Assembly: GCA_037445735.1 (NCBI GenBank)
Contig: JBBIJY010000033.1
Location: 1-24,696 of the forward strand
Reading direction: 5' to 3'
Source: Armatimonadota bacterium
GTDB taxonomy: Bacteria; Armatimonadota; Fimbriimonadia; Fimbriimonadales; GBS-DC
DNA length: 24,696 nucleotides
Position numbers and translations under genes: made by a program. Below the pieces are notes generated by a model. That model had not been told where the DNA came from. It made no database searches and was given only the letters and a program-made list of their open reading frames with translations. Below, piece by piece: positions 24,653 through 24,696 of this stretch (positions within the stretch are counted from its first letter, which is position 1; every line of letters begins with the position of its first letter).

Positions 24653-24696
24653 CTAACACCCGCTGCCAAAGTTGAACAGCACCGTCAGCAGGTCCG
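24653..24696 (-). CDS. C-terminus of another protein with the dockerin-like GC tail (enters from outside the window)
   Basis: Manual translation DLLTVLFNFGSGC*, against DLLTVLFHFGAGC* at the end of 1879..2430. Confidence 0.8.
   Translation of the reverse strand, partial: DLLTVLFNFGSGC

Overview
High-GC bacterial chromosomal segment. The secreted HAF-repeat proteins with a duplicated dockerin-like tail ending in GC suggest an Armatimonadota-like organism (inference). Core and metabolic genes: gcvPB, a lipoate-ligase-family gene, recN, xylB, lptC/lptA-like, an amidase, a metallophosphoesterase, a GT2, wecB and pyrH-frr-uppS. Accessory parts: (i) a tandem-XRE/TPR regulator between two secreted HAF-repeat genes, plus the tail of another dockerin-tail gene at the right edge; (ii) a tightly coupled operon of six uncharacterised genes, mostly membrane proteins and including a DUF6754-like one, between an MFS nucleoside permease and an M24 peptidase. 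This is the best candidate for an undescribed system; (iii) a scar of RHS and DUF433-like fragments; (iv) three copies of a REP-like palindrome, one translated inside a gene. Several genes have a GG-TAnnnT -10 box 6-13 nt before the start codon with no Shine-Dalgarno. No rRNA, tRNA, CRISPR array or transposase was seen. All family calls come from motif recognition by eye, not database searches.
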